Below are positions 25,811-44,253 of a stretch of DNA of 64,000 bases, piece by piece. Numbering within the stretch: position 1 is the stretch's first letter; each line of letters opens with the position of its first letter. Source of the stretch: Williopsis jadinii (lineage: Eukaryota); the NCBI GenBank assembly GCA_024346625.1, contig AP024664.1:2232001-2296000 (forward strand), read 5' to 3'. The position numbers and the translations under genes were made by a program. A model generated the notes under the pieces. It searched no databases and had not been told where the DNA came from. It was given only the letters and a program-made list of their open reading frames with translations.

Positions 25811-28800
25811 TTCAGGCATTAGCTCCGATCCAGGTAAAGTGGCCCCGCCAGCTTGGTGTCCAGCAGTAAATTGGCGCAATTCGGGATCAACCACCCCCAT
25901 GTGGGGCCCGGAGTTTGACACATCCTCTAATATCCGCAACACTTAAATGCTTCCAGAACTCCACACACACATCCTACCACAACCAAAATCACTGTTCCAC
26001 GCTCACAAAATTCACGCCTTTCCAATGAGACCAAAATACCCTGGTATTTCCACCATTTGGGTTTTTCATTCCATTATTTTACTGTTAACATCTACCCAAA
26101 TTTTATAATCCGAAAAAGACTCACCTATTCTCGGAGATATCCTAAATTAATATATACTATATAATCCCATAACTCGGGAACTAGCAGAGCTTTCGAGCTA
26201 TAAACACCACTACTGGATAGCTACGCTCCAGAACTTACCACTGGGTTTAAGTTGTTTCCCGGTTTATGGGTGCCCATCTCCCTGGAAAGCAAAACATGGT
26301 TTTTAGAGGGCAACCTGCATTTTCTCGGCGAACCCCGGTTTGTTCCAACTTTATCAAAAGTGGGTCTTTCATGGCCAAACTTGGGTCATATATTCACCTT
26401 CAGGAGTAGTACCTATGGTCCAACAGCCATGGATGGGTGCACTTTGCCCATTGTTCAGGAGGTATAAGTACAAAATTACATGCATAAATGTTGATTTTTG
26501 GGTGCCGCCGAGCAACCGGAATTAACCAGAGATGATGCAAGATGATAGTACTGTGTCAGTTACACCACCTTGGCTTATTAGATCGGTCAAATTCATCGCG
26601 CGTGGTGGTGCAATTTGCGTTTAAAGGGTGTATAAAATGGCTTTTTGGTGTAAGGATATTTGGGTGTTTGGATGAAATGTTTGGATGTTTTGGCAGGGTG
26701 GTGGGGGCAGGTGGGGGGCATATAATTGGATATTTTGGGATGGGGGCGATATGTTTGGGGAGTTTTTGGTATGGATCGGGAGGTTGGAGCGTGGTTTGAA
26801 CCATTGGGCTTGTTGTGGTGTTTAGGGCGTTTGTGCTGGGAGTGCGCTGGCTGTTACAAGTGTTGGGGTGGTCGGATCTGGCTTTCCGGGGTGTTGCCCG
26901 TTCCCGAAAAACAAAGTGGGGGCTTAACTATGGGCGCTTAACTATGGGCGCTTAACTATGGGAGATTCACTATGAGACTTAACTATGGGATCTCTACTAT
27001 GGGAGCTTCACTATAGGTGGTTAACTATGGGAGTTCCACTATAGGTGGTTAACTACGGGGATGGTAGGTGGTGTTGCCCGTTCCCGAAAAACAAACTGGG
27101 AGTTAACTATGGGCGTTAACTATGGGGTTCCACTATGAAGGTCTTTAATTTTTCCTGAAGTTATTCGCATCCATGAAAATCTATACTTTCAAGGGGTATT
27201 TAATTTTTGTTGATGTAGTGCGCGGCCCAAAAAATCTATAGAGGTTAAACTTTGGTGAAGTTATTCGCATCCATGAAAATCTATACTTCCAAGGGGTATT
27301 TAATTTTTGTTGATGTAGTGCGCGGCCCAAAAAATCTATAGAGGTTAAATTTTGGTGAAGTTACTCGCTTCCATGAAAATCTATACTTTCAAGGGGTATT
27401 TAATTTTTGTTGATGTAGTGCGCGGCCCAAAAAATCCATAGAGGTTAAATTTTGGTGAAGTTACTCGCTTCCATAAAAATCTATACTTCCAAGGGGTATT
27501 TAATTTTTGTTGATGTAGTGCGCGGCCCAAAAAAAATCTATAGAGGTTAAATTTTGTTGAAGTTACTCGCTTCCATAAAAATCTATACTTCCAAGGGGTA
27601 TTTAATTTTTGTTGATGTAGTGCGCGGCCCAAAAAAAATCTATAGAGGTTAAATTTTGGTGATGTTATTCGCATCCATAAAAATCTATAGGGATTCCATA
27701 TGGGAGTTCCATGGGGGTTCCATGGAAATCTTCAATTTTAGTGATGTGGCGCGCGATCTTGAAAATCTAACTACAAGACTTGGTCTATATGGACTGTCTA
27801 CAATAGATGTTTCCAGTAGATGCCCACCTTTTTGGTTGGGTTGCGCCCTGTTGAAAAATTCATTTGTAGGTGTTGATGTATAAAGTGTAAGAAGAACAAA
27901 CCTCTCTAACAATCGACGAGAGGGTGGACTGAAAACCAAATCCATCGACGGTTGCCCTAAAATGAAAAATTTTTCACTGTTGCTCACACCGGAAAATTTT
28001 TTCCATGTTTGCGTCGCTTTTTTGTTGTGCTGCACGGACCGGAAAAATTTTTCATCTTTGCGTCCCTTTTTTGTTGTGCTGCACGGACCGAAAAATCTCA
28101 CTTCCGGAACACTCTGAAACCGAATCTCAATTTCGGGACGGCCAACAACAAAATATGTGGCCTGTCCCAAAAACGCGTGGCCGAAATCTTGAAAATCCAA
28201 AATGTATGAGGCGAACCCAAAACATTGACGCAGGGTATATGCAGGCGGTAGACGGCGTTGGTATAGCTCTGAGACTACAGACGATTGAAGAATTCAAAAT
28301 CCAGAAAACACAAGTCCACACCTGATCAGTCTTCCAAAGATGAAAGAGGCTCGGAGGTACTACATGTGGGAGCGTTTGGACGATTTGAAAAAGTCGTCTG
28401 GAGTGGCCCACAGGCCTTGTTGGACGGTGGTGAAGGTGCTAGTGTGGTCGCCAGACTGTGCTTGCCTTGTACACCGTGTCGACATGGGCGGGGATGGGTT
28501 CGTTGGGCATTCGGTAAGTGAAGGGAGACTCTCCTTCCATCAACAACACCTTCTTTGCCCGTTCTGGGTTTAGGGAGAGACCATAGGGGGGGATCCTTTT
28601 TCTTTTGATGTTTTTCGGCCTACGCCTGAGCAGTCCCGTCTGGGAGTTCTTCCACGGGCGGGCACTGAGGGATTTAGTGGACTACTAGCCTATGGCAAGT
28701 GTTGTAACTAGAATCCTGGGGGCATACCTGCCTGGATAACCGTAGCGATACGTGAGTCCAGGCGGCGTGACCTCCTCTCAAGCCAGTGATGCTAAACCCG

Positions 28801-29066
28801 GGACGCATGAAACACGGCACTGGAGTTTAGCGGAGCCTGTGCTAGAGGAAATTTAAAGAGGGCTATATGGATGTGTTCTGTTCCCTGCCTGGGTTCTCCA
28901 GGCTGGGGGCAAGCACCAGTAGTTCTAACGAACTACTGCTTTACCACATAATATCTTCAGGGAGAACTTCTCCCGCTGGAAACGGGGGCGGACCCGGCTC
29001 TAGGCAGCGTAGGCACACCGGCCTAGTCAGCTCCGCCTAGACGACACCCCCTAACCAAAGGATAGT

Positions 29067-30161
29067 TATCTGGTTGATCCTGCCAGTAGTCATATGCTTG
29101 TCTCAAAGATTAAGCCATGCATGTCTAAGTATAAGCAATTTATACAGTGAAACTGCGAATGGCTCATTAAATCAGTTATAGTTTATTTGATAGTACCTTA
29201 CTACTTGGATAACCGTGGTAATTCTAGAGCTAATACATGCTAAAAACCCCGACTGCTTGGGAGGGGTGTATTTATTAGATAAAAAATCAATGCCCTCGGG
29301 CTCTTTGATGATTCATAATAACTTGTCGAATCGCATGGCTTTACGCCGGCGATGGTTCATTCAAATTTCTGCCCTATCAACTGTCGATGGTAGGATAGTG
29401 GCCTACCATGGTGGCAACGGGTAACGGGGAATAAGGGTTCGATTCCGGAGAGGGAGCCTGAGAAACGGCTACCACATCCAAGGAAGGCAGCAGGCGCGCA
29501 AATTACCCAATCCTAATTCAGGGAGGTAGTGACAATAAATAACGATACAGGGCCCTTCTGGGTCTTGTAATTGGAATGAGTACAATGTAAATACCTTAAC
29601 GAGGAACAATTGGAGGGCAAGTCTGGTGCCAGCAGCCGCGGTAATTCCAGCTCCAATAGCGTATATTAAAGTTGTTGCAGTTAAAAAGCTCGTAGTTGAA
29701 CTTTGGGCCTGGCAGGCCGGTCCGCTTTTTGGCGAGTACTGACCCTGCCGGGCCTTTCCTTCTGGCTACCCTCCCCTCTGGAGAGGCGAACCAGGACTTT
29801 TACTTTGAAAAAATTAGAGTGTTCAAAGCAGGCCTTTGCTCGAATATATTAGCATGGAATAATAGAATAGGACGTTTGGTTCTATTTTGTTGGTTTCTAG
29901 GACCATCGTAATGATTAATAGGGACGGTCGGGGGCATCAGTATTCAGTTGTCAGAGGTGAAATTCTTGGATTTACTGAAGACTAACTACTGCGAAAGCAT
30001 TTGCCAAGGACGTTTTCATTAATCAAGAACGAAAGTTAGGGGATCGAAGATGATCAGATACCGTCGTAGTCTTAACCATAAACTATGCCGACTAGGGATC
30101 GGGTGTTGTTTTTATAATGACTCACTCGGCACCTTACGAGAAATCAAAGTCTTTGGGTTCT

Positions 30162-30229
<68 letters not shown>

Positions 30230-30668
30230 GCGGCTTAATTTGACTCAACACGGGGAAACTCACCAGGTCCAGACACAATAAGGATTGACAGATTGAGAGC
30301 TCTTTCTTGATTTTGTGGGTGGTGGTGCATGGCCGTTCTTAGTTGGTGGAGTGATTTGTCTGCTTAATTGCGATAACGAACGAGACCTTAACCTACTAAA
30401 TAGCGCGACTAGCTTTTGCTGGTGCTGACGCTTCTTAGAGGGACTATCGATTTCAAGTCGATGGAAGTTTGAGGCAATAACAGGTCTGTGATGCCCTTAG
30501 ACGTTCTGGGCCGCACGCGCGCTACACTGACGGAGCCAGCGAGTCTAGCCTTGGCCGAGAGGTCATGGGTAATCTTGTGAAACTCCGTCGTGCTGGGGAT
30601 AGAGCATTGCAATTATTGCTCTTCAACGAGGAATTCCTAGTAAGCGCAAGTCATCAGCTTGCGTTGAT

Positions 30669-30714
<46 letters not shown>

Positions 30715-30798
30715 AATGGCTTAGTGAGGCTTCAGGATTGGCTTATGGCGGGAGGCGACTCCTGCCTGGAGCCGAGAATCTAGTCAAACTTGGTCATT

Positions 30799-30856
<58 letters not shown>
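29067..30856 (+). rRNA. RDN18: 18S rRNA (unit 3)
   Basis: Same termini; one G missing in a G-run near 30162. Confidence 0.99.
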
Positions 30857-30997
30857 GAGAACCTGGGCCTGCGCTTCTAGCGCGGCGCCAACCAATACAC
30901 AGTGTATTTTGCTTCTTTTGCTTTGGCTCTGCCAAAGGTTTTTAAACACAGAAATTTATTTTCTCTAGAAACTAGTCAATTTGAATTTTAATCTTCA

Positions 30998-31155
30998 AAA
31001 CTTTCAACAACGGATCTCTTGGTTCTCGCAACGATGAAGAACGCAGCGAAATGCGATACGTAATGTGAATTGCAGGTTTTCGTGAATCATCGAATCTTTG
31101 AACGCATATTGCGCTCTCTGGCATTCCAGAGAGCATGCCTGTTTGAGCGTCATTT
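30998..31155 (+). rRNA. RDN58: 5.8S rRNA (unit 3)
   Basis: Same termini as unit 1. Confidence 0.99.
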
Positions 31156-31330
31156 CTCTCTCAAGATCCTCTAGGGGACTTGGTATTGAGTGATACTCTG
31201 TGTTAACTTGAAATACTCTAGGCAGAGCTCCCCCTAGAAATCCTCTGGGCCGAAATATGTATTAGGTTCTACCAACTCGTTATTTTCCAGACAGACTTCC
31301 AGGCAGAGCTCGGCTGAACAACCTTTCTAA

Positions 31331-34716
<3,386 letters not shown>

Positions 34717-35827
34717 TGTTTCGGCAACTCTATTTTTTGCTGGCGGGTGCCAGCTGGGGATAGAGTGTCACACAGTTGCCGTAGGCGACTGTGTATTTGT
34801 TTTGGTGACGGTAGGGTAATCTTTGGTGTGAGTGGTGTAGTTTTTGCTTTTTTGTCACGGGGTGTGTGGGTGTTGTGATGAAGATGGTCTCTGAGGTTTT
34901 ATGACGGTAGGGTAACAGTTGGTGTGAGTGGTTGAATTTTTTTTAATTTTTCACCAGAGCTCCCAGGAGGAATTTTTGTTTTTCGTGAGGGGAGGGGGTT
35001 TCCACCGGCTAGGCTGGGCTGGGCTTCCAGGCTGGGCTTAAAAAAGTTAGGCGGGTGGTCAGCCTAAAAAGCTAGGCGGGTGGGATAAGCCTAGAAAGCT
35101 AGGCGGGTGGTCAGCCTAAAAAGCTAGGCGGGTGGGATAAGCCGAGAAAGCTAGGCGGGTGGTCAGCCTAAAATGCTAGGCGGGTGGTCAGCCTAAAATG
35201 CTAGGCGGGATGGGCTTAAAATGTTAGGCGGGTCCACACTGGGGCACCACAGACACCAAGTCCAAACACTTAGGAAAGACACCCAGACCAGACCAAGACC
35301 AACCTATGGCTACACCAACAGATTCCCACAACGACAACCACGGGAAATGGGAATGTGGCCCCAAAGTGGGATTTTACCAAAACCGTTAGTATGGGGATCC
35401 CCCCGGCAGTGGGAATTTCCGGTTACGAGCGCTGGCGAGGATTTTCTAATTTTGCGAGAAGTGCGACCATCCCTCCGCGCCTGCGCCGCTGCGGGATGGT
35501 CATAATGATTTAAAAAAACTAGGGGTATCCGGTTCCGCCCCCGTATATAGGTATATATATGTGTGTAGATGGGTGGGTGGTGGTGGTGGTTGACGGGGGG
35601 GGAGGGGGGTTTATATAGTTTTGGGTGGTGTTGGGTGGTCACGTGGGTCACGTGAGTGGTGTGCGGGTGGTGTGTGTGGTGTAAGGGTGTGCAGTCACCG
35701 GGCGGGTCACGTGGATGGTGTTAGGGCTGGTGTAGGCCACGGCCACCAGCCGGGTAGACTACCCCTTTTGGGACACCGGGTAGACTGCCCCTTTTGGGAA
35801 GCCGGTTACCCAACTTGGGTAAAAAAA

Positions 35828-35948
35828 AGATTGCAGCACCTGGGTTTCGCGTATGGTCACCCACTACACTACTCGATCAGGCTCTTAGCAGCTTAACTAC
35901 AGTTGATCGGACGGGAAACGGTGCTTTCTGCTAGATATGGCCGCAACC
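35828..35948 (-). rRNA. RDN5: 5S rRNA (unit 3), one substitution at 35843
   Basis: 5S sequence reading CCTGGGTTTCG instead of CCTGAGTTTCG on +. Confidence 0.97.
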
Positions 35949-36159
35949 GAAATGGAAGCGCGCGGGGGAGGTTACACTGCTTACACTGCTTACACCGCTT
36001 ACTAAGCAGCTTACTAAGAACCGCTTACTAAGACACCGCTTACTAAGCACTGTGTAGATGTAGCAGGTGGGTGTAGGGGTAAGGTCCAGCGGGCCCAGGG
36101 CATCCAGGGGGCTGTCTATAGCGGGAGCTATAGGGCGCGTCGTACGTGGACGTGTAGCA

Positions 36160-39081
36160 GGTGTGTAGTGAGTGTCCATTGGGGGCCTGGGTGTCCAGCG
36201 GGCGGTCATTTGGTGATGATTCAGGAGTGAACCAGCGGTGAGTTGATGTCCACGGGTGGCCAGCGGGCCTCCAGGGGACCTCCAGGGGGCCTCTAGGGGA
36301 TGGATCGTGGTCTCTAAGGTGGGTCTAGCATGTTTACAGTACATAGATGTGTGGAAGATGTCCATTGGGTGTCTGATTGTTTACTCGGGGTCCATTTGGT
36401 GTTGATTCAGGGGTGAGTTGATGTCCATGGCTGTCCAGGGATGTCCACGGGATGTCCAGCGGGCGTCCATAGGCCTCTAGGGGCGTCCGGTGGCTATATC
36501 GTGGTCTCCAGGGTCTGTCCAGGGTATTCCCAGCATGTAGTTGTGTAGAAGATGTCCATTGGGTGTCTGATTGTTTACTCCGTGTCCACTTGGTGATGAT
36601 TCAGCGGCAGCGAGCGTTGAGGGGGCCTCTAGGGGCCTCCAACGGGAGCCTGGTGGATGGATCGTGGTCTCCAGTGTGTTCCCAGCTTGTAGATGTCCAT
36701 TGCATGTCCAATAAGTGTTTGGTTGTTGACCCGCTGTCCATTTGGTGTTGATTCAGGGGCGAGATGATGTTCACGGGGCATCCACAGACCTCTAGCAAGA
36801 GCCTGGTGGATGTATCGGGGTCTCCAGCGTCTGTCCAGGGTATTCCCAGTGTGTAGATGTCCATTGAGTGTCCATTGGTGGCCTTGTTGTTTACACGGTG
36901 TCCACTTGATGATGATTCAGCGGCAAGCGAACGTTGATGGAGCGTCCAACAAGCCTCTAGGGACCTCCAGCGGGAGCCTAGTCGATGCCTAGACATCCTT
37001 AGGTGGTCTCCAGCATCTTCCCTGTTTGTAGTTGTCCATTGAATGTCCATTGGTGGCCTTGTTGTTTACACGGTGTCCACTTGGTGTTGATTCAGCGGCA
37101 AGCGAACGTCGACGAGGTGGCCACCAGGCATCCACAGACCTCTAGCAAGAGCCTGGTGGGTGGATTGTGGTCGCCAGGGTTGGTCTAGAGTATTTCCAGT
37201 GTGTTGATGTCCATTGAATGTCCAATAGATGGCTTGTTGTTTCCCCGCCGCCCACTCGGTGATGTTTCAGCGGCGAGTTGATGTCCACAGTATGTCCACG
37301 GGGCAACCATAAGCCTCTAGCGACAGCCTGGTGGATGTATCACGGTCTCTAGCGTCTGTCCAGCGTATTCCCAGCAAGTAGATGTCCAATTGGTGTCCAT
37401 TGGTGGCCTTGTTGTTGACACGGTGTCCACTTGATGATGATTCAGCGGCAAGCGAACGTTGATGGGGCCTTCACGCGGCAAACATAAGCCTCTAGCGAAC
37501 GTCCAGTGGATGGACCGTGGTCTCCAGTGTCTGTTTGGCATGTTCCCAGTACGTTGGTGTCCAATTGGTGTCCATTGGTGGCCTTGTTGTTTACACGGTG
37601 TCCACTTGGTGTTGATTCAGCGGCGAGAAAACGTCGACGAGGTGGCCACCAGGCATCCACAGACCTCTAGCGATAGCCTGGTGGATGTATCGTGGTCTCC
37701 AGTGTCTGTTTGGCATGTGTCCAGTGTGTAGGTATCCATTGAATGTCCATTGGTGGCCTTGTTGTTTACCCGCTGTCCATTTGGTGTTGATTCAGGGGCG
37801 AGAAAACGTCGACGGCGTTGCCACCAGGCATCCGCAGGCCTCTAGCGATAGCCTGGTGGATGGACCGTGGCCTCCAGTGTCTGTTTGGCATGTGTCCAGC
37901 ATGTAGATGTGTGGAAGATGTCCATTGGTGGCCTTGTTGTTTACACGGTGTCCACTTGATGATGATTCAGCGGCGAGAAAACGTCGACGTGGTGGCCACC
38001 AGGCATCCACAGACCTCTAGCGACAGCCTGGTGGATGTATCGTGGTCTCTAGCGTCTGTCCAAGGTATTCCCAGCGCGTTGATGTCCATTGAATGTCCAA
38101 TAGATGGCTTGTTGTTTACCCGCCGCCCACTTGATGATGTTTCAGCGGCGAGTTGATGTCCACAGGATGTCCACCAGGCATCCACAGACCTCTAGCGATA
38201 GCCTGGTGGATGTATCGTGGTCTCTAGCGTCTGTTTGGCATGTGTCCAGCATGTAGTTGTCCAATTGGTGTCCATCGGTGGCCTTGTTGTTTACACCGTG
38301 TCCACTTGATGATGTTTCAGCAGTGAGTTGATGTCCACAGGATGTCCACGGGGCAACCATAAGCCTCTAGCGAACGTCTAGTCGATGTATCGTGGTCTCC
38401 AGTGTCTGTTTGGCATGTGTCCAGTGTGTAGGTATCCGTTGAATGTCCATTGGTGGCCTGATTGTTTACCCGCTGTCCATTTGGTGTTGATTCAGCGGCG
38501 AGAAAACGTCGACGGCGTTGCCACCAGGCATCCGCAGGCCTCTATCAAGAGCCTGGTGGATGTATCGTGGCCTCTAGGGATGGTCTAGCGTATTCCCAGT
38601 GTGTAGATTTCCATTGAATGTCCATTGGTCGCCTCTTTGTTTACCCCCCGCCCGCTTGATGATGTTTCAGCGGCGTGTTGATGTCCACAGGATGTTCACG
38701 GGGCAAACATAAGCCTCTAGCGAGAGCCTGGTGGGTGGAGCGTGGTCTCCAGTGTCTGTTTGGCACGTGTCCAGCATGTAGATGTGTGGAAGATGTCCAT
38801 TGGTGGCCTCGTTGTTTACACGGTGTCCACTTGATGTTGTTTCAGCGGCGAGAAAACGTCGACGGGGCCTCCACGCGGCAAACATAAGCCTCTAGCGATA
38901 GCCTGGTGGATGTATCGTGGCCTCTAGGTTCTGTCCAGCATGTTTCCAATACATAGATGTGTAGAAGATGTCCAACCAGCGCCCCTTTGTTTACCCTCTA
39001 CCCCCTTGATGTTCATTCAGGGAAAAGTTTTTTTTTTTCGCAAATTCACCGGCGAGAAAACGCCCACGCGGTGGCCACCGG
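36160..39081. repeat. 175-bp array, 17 monomers (unit 3)
   Basis: Colinear with unit 1. Confidence 0.95.
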
Positions 39082-42000
39082 TTCAGGCATTAGCTCCGAT
39101 CCAGGTAAAGTGGCCCCGCCAGCTTGGTGTCCAGCAGTAAATTGGCGCAATTCGGGATCAACCACCCCATGTGGGGCCCGGAGTTTGACACATCCTACAC
39201 TTAAATGCTTCCAGAACTCCACACACACATCCTACCACCACCAAAATCACTGTCCCACGCTCACAAAATTCACGCCTTTCCAATGAGACCAAAATACCCT
39301 GGTATTTCCACCATTTGGGTTTTTCTTTCCATTATTTTACTGTTAACATCTACCCAAATTTTATAATCCGAAAAAGACTCACCTATTCTCGGAGATATCC
39401 TAAATTAATATATACTATATAATCCCATAACTCGGGAACTAGCAGAGCTTTCGAGCTATAAACACCACTACTGGATAGCTACGCTCCAGAACTTACCACT
39501 GGGTTTAAGTTGTTTCCCGGTTTATGGGTGCCCATCTCCCTGGAAAGCAAAACATGGTTTTTAGAGGGCAACCTGCATTTTCTCGGCGAACCCCGGTTTG
39601 TTCCAACTTTATCAAAAGTGGGTCTTTCATGGCCAAACTTGGGTCATATATTCACCTTCAGGAGTAGTACCTATGGTCCAACAGCCATGGATGGGTGCAC
39701 TTTGCCCATTGTTCAGGAGGTATAAGTACAAAATTACATGCATAAATGTTGATTTTTGGGTGCCGCCGAGCAACCGGAATTAACCAGAGATGATGCAAGA
39801 TGATAGTACTGTGTCAGTTACACCACCTTGGCTTATTAGATCGGTCAAATTCATCGCGCGTGGTGGTGCAATTTGCGTTTAAAGGGTGTATAAAATGGCT
39901 TTTTGGTGTAAGGATGTTTGGGTGTTTGGATGAAATGTTTGGATGTTTTGGCAGGGTGGTGGGGGCAGGTGGGGGGCATATAATTGGATATTTTGGGATG
40001 GGGGCGATATGTTTGGGGAGTTTTTGGTATGGATCGGGAGGTTGGAGCGTGGTTTGAACCATTGGGCTTGTTGTGGTGTTTATGGCGTTTGTGCTGGGAG
40101 TGCGCTGGCTGTTACAAGTGTTGGGGTGGTCGGATCTGGCTTTCCGGGGTGTTGCCCGTTCCCGAAAAACAAAGTGGGGGCTTAACTATGGGCGCTTAAC
40201 TATGGGCTCTTAACTATGGGAGATTCACTATGAGACTTAACTATGGGATCTCTACTATGGGAGCTTCACTATAGGTGGTTAACTATGGGAGTTCCACTAT
40301 AGGTGGTTAACTACGGGGATGGTAGGTGGTGTTGCCCGTTCCCGAAAAACAAACTGGGAGTTAACTATGGGCGTTAACTATGGGGTTCCACTATGAAGGT
40401 CTTTAATTTTTCCTGAAGTTATTCGCATCCATGAAAATCTATACTTTCAAGGGGTATTTAATTTTTGTTGATGTAGTGCGCGGCCCAAAAAATCTATAGA
40501 GGTTAAACTTTGGTGAAGTTATTCGCATCCATGAAAATCTATACTTCCAAGTGGTATTTAATTTTTGTTGATGTAGTGCGCGGCCCAAAAAATCTATAGA
40601 GGTTAAATTTTGGTGAAGTTACTCGCTTCCATGAAAATCTATACTTTCAAGGGGTATTTAATTTTTGTTGATGTAGTGCGCGGCCCAAAAAATCCATAGA
40701 GGTTAAATTTTGGTGAAGTTACTCGCTTCCATAAAAATCTATACTTCCAAGGGGTATTTAATTTTTGTTGATGTAGTGCGCGGCCCAAAAAAAATCTATA
40801 GAGGTTAAATTTTGTTGAAGTTACTCGCTTCCATAAAAATCTATACTTCCAAGGGGTATTTAATTTTTGTTGATGTAGTGCGCGGCCCAAAAAAAATCTA
40901 TAGAGGTTAAATTTTGGTGATGTTATTCGCATCCATAAAAATCTATAGGGATTCCATATGGGAGTTCCATGGGGGTTCCATGGAAATCTTCAATTTTAGT
41001 GATGTGGCGCGCGATCTTGAAAATCTAACTACAAGACTTGGTCTATATGGACTGTCTACAATAGATGTTTCCAGTAGATGCCCACCTTTTTGGTTGGGTT
41101 GCGCCCTGTTGAAAAATTCATTTGTAGGTGTTGATGTATAAAGTGTAAGAAGAACAAACCTCTCTAACAATCGACGAGAGGGTGGACTGAAAACCAAATC
41201 CATCGACGGTTGCCCTAAAATGAAAAATTTTTCACTGTTGCTCACACCGGAAAATTTTTTCCATGTTTGCGTCGCTTTTTGTTGTGCTGCACGGACCGGA
41301 AAAATTTTTCATCTTTGCGTCCCTTTTTTGTTGTGCTGCACGGACCGAAAAATCTCACTTCCGGAACACTCTGAAACCGAATCTCAATTTCGGGACGGCC
41401 AACAACAAAATATGTGGCCTGTCCCAAAAACGCGTGGCCGAAATCTTGAAAATCCAAAATGTATGAGGCGAACCCAAAACATTGACGCAGGGTATATGCA
41501 GGCGGTAGACGGCGTTGGTATAGCTCTGAGACTACAGACGATTGAAGAATTCAAAATACAGAAAACACAAGTCCACACCTGATCAGTCTTCCAAAGATGA
41601 AAGAGGCTCGGAGGTACTACATGTGGGAGCGTTTGGACGATTTGAAAAAGTCGTCTGGAGTGGCCCACAGGCCTTGTTGGACGGTGGTGAAGGTGCTAGT
41701 GTGGTCGCCAGACTGTGCTTGCCTTGTACACCGTGTCGACATGGGCGGGGATGGGTTCGTTGGGCATTCGGTAAGTGAAGGGAGACTCTCCTTCCATCAA
41801 CAACACCTTCTTTGCCCGTTCTGGGTTTAGGGAGAGACCATAGGGGGGATCCTTTTTCTTTTGATGTTTTTCGGCCTACGCCTGAGCAGTCCCGTCTGGG
41901 AGTTCTTCCACGGGCGGGCACTGAGGGATTTAGTGGACTACTAGCCTATGGCAAGTGTTGTAACTAGAATCCTGGGGGCATACCTGCCTGGATAACCGTA

Positions 42001-42321
42001 GCGATACGTGAGTCCAGGCGGCGTGACCTCCTCTCAAGCCAGTGATGCTAAACCCGGGACGCATGAAACACGGCACTGGAGTTTAGCGGAGCCTGTGCTA
42101 GAGGAAATTTAAAGAGGGCTATATGGATGTGTTCTGTTCCCTGCCTGGGTTCTCCAGGCCGGGGGCAAGCACCAGCAGTTCTAACGAACTACTGCTTACC
42201 ACATAATATCTTCAGGGAGAACTTCTCCCGCTGGGAACGGGGGCGGACCCGGCTCTAGGCAGCGTAGGCACACCGGCCTAGTCAGCTCCGCCTAGACGAC
42301 ACCCCCTAACCAAAGGATAGT

Positions 42322-43416
42322 TATCTGGTTGATCCTGCCAGTAGTCATATGCTTGTCTCAAAGATTAAGCCATGCATGTCTAAGTATAAGCAATTTATAC
42401 AGTGAAACTGCGAATGGCTCATTAAATCAGTTATAGTTTATTTGATAGTACCTTACTACTTGGATAACCGTGGTAATTCTAGAGCTAATACATGCTAAAA
42501 ACCCCGACTGCTTGGGAGGGGTGTATTTATTAGATAAAAAATCAATGCCCTCGGGCTCTTTGATGATTCATAATAACTTGTCGAATCGCATGGCTTTACG
42601 CCGGCGATGGTTCATTCAAATTTCTGCCCTATCAACTGTCGATGGTAGGATAGTGGCCTACCATGGTGGCAACGGGTAACGGGGAATAAGGGTTCGATTC
42701 CGGAGAGGGAGCCTGAGAAACGGCTACCACATCCAAGGAAGGCAGCAGGCGCGCAAATTACCCAATCCTAATTCAGGGAGGTAGTGACAATAAATAACGA
42801 TACAGGGCCCTTCTGGGTCTTGTAATTGGAATGAGTACAATGTAAATACCTTAACGAGGAACAATTGGAGGGCAAGTCTGGTGCCAGCAGCCGCGGTAAT
42901 TCCCGCTCCAATAGCGTATATTAAAGTTGTTGCAGTTAAAAAGCTCGTAGTTGAACTTTGGGCCTGGCAGGCCGGTCCGCTTTTTGGCGAGTACTGACCC
43001 TGCCGGGCCTTTCCTTCTGGCTACCCTCCCCTCTGGAGAGGCGAACCAGGACTTTTACTTTGAAAAAATTAGAGTGTTCAAAGCAGGCCTTTGCTCGAAT
43101 ATATTAGCATGGAATAATAGAATAGGACGTTTGGTTCTATTTTGTTGGTTTCTAGGACCATCGTAATGATTAATAGGGACGGTCGGGGGCATCAGTATTC
43201 AGTTGTCAGAGGTGAAATTCTTGGATTTACTGAAGACTAACTACTGCGAAAGCATTTGCCAAGGACGTTTTCATTAATCAAGAACGAAAGTTAGGGGATC
43301 GAAGATGATCAGATACCGTCGTAGTCTTAACCATAAACTATGCCGACTAGGGATCGGGTGTTGTTTTTATAATGACTCACTCGGCACCTTACGAGAAATC
43401 AAAGTCTTTGGGTTCT

Positions 43417-43485
<69 letters not shown>

Positions 43486-43924
43486 GCGGCTTAATTTGAC
43501 TCAACACGGGGAAACTCACCAGGTCCAGACACAATAAGGATTGACAGATTGAGAGCTCTTTCTTGATTTTGTGGGTGGTGGTGCATGGCCGTTCTTAGTT
43601 GGTGGAGTGATTTGTCTGCTTAATTGCGATAACGAACGAGACCTTAACCTACTAAATAGCGCGACTAGCTTTTGCTGGTGCTGACGCTTCTTAGAGGGAC
43701 TATCGATTTCAAGTCGATGGAAGTTTGAGGCAATAACAGGTCTGTGATGCCCTTAGACGTTCTGGGCCGCACGCGCGCTACACTGACGGAGCCAGCGAGT
43801 CTAGCCTTGGCCGAGAGGTCATGGGTAATCTTGTGAAACTCCGTCGTGCTGGGGATAGAGCATTGCAATTATTGCTCTTCAACGAGGAATTCCTAGTAAG
43901 CGCAAGTCATCAGCTTGCGTTGAT

Positions 43925-43970
<46 letters not shown>

Positions 43971-44054
43971 AATGGCTTAGTGAGGCTTCAGGATTGGCTT
44001 ATGGCGGGAGGCGACTCCTGCCTGGAGCCGAGAATCTAGTCAAACTTGGTCATT

Positions 44055-44112
<58 letters not shown>
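42322..44112 (+). rRNA. RDN18: 18S rRNA (unit 4, first copy)
   Basis: Full length, 1791 nt, followed by an intact ITS1. Confidence 0.98.
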
Positions 44113-44253
44113 GAGAACCTGGGCCTGCGCTTCTAGCGCGGCTCCAACCAATACACAGTGTATTTTGCTTCTTTTGCTTTGGCTCTGCCAAAGGTTTTTA
44201 AACACAGAAATTTATTTTCTCTAGAAACTAGTCAATTTGAATTTTAATCTTCA

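Noticed and set aside
27685..28200. 171-aa minus-strand ORF upstream of the promoter
   Set aside because: It is open only in units 3 and 5, depending on T-run lengths, spans a spacer duplication and has no recognisable domain.
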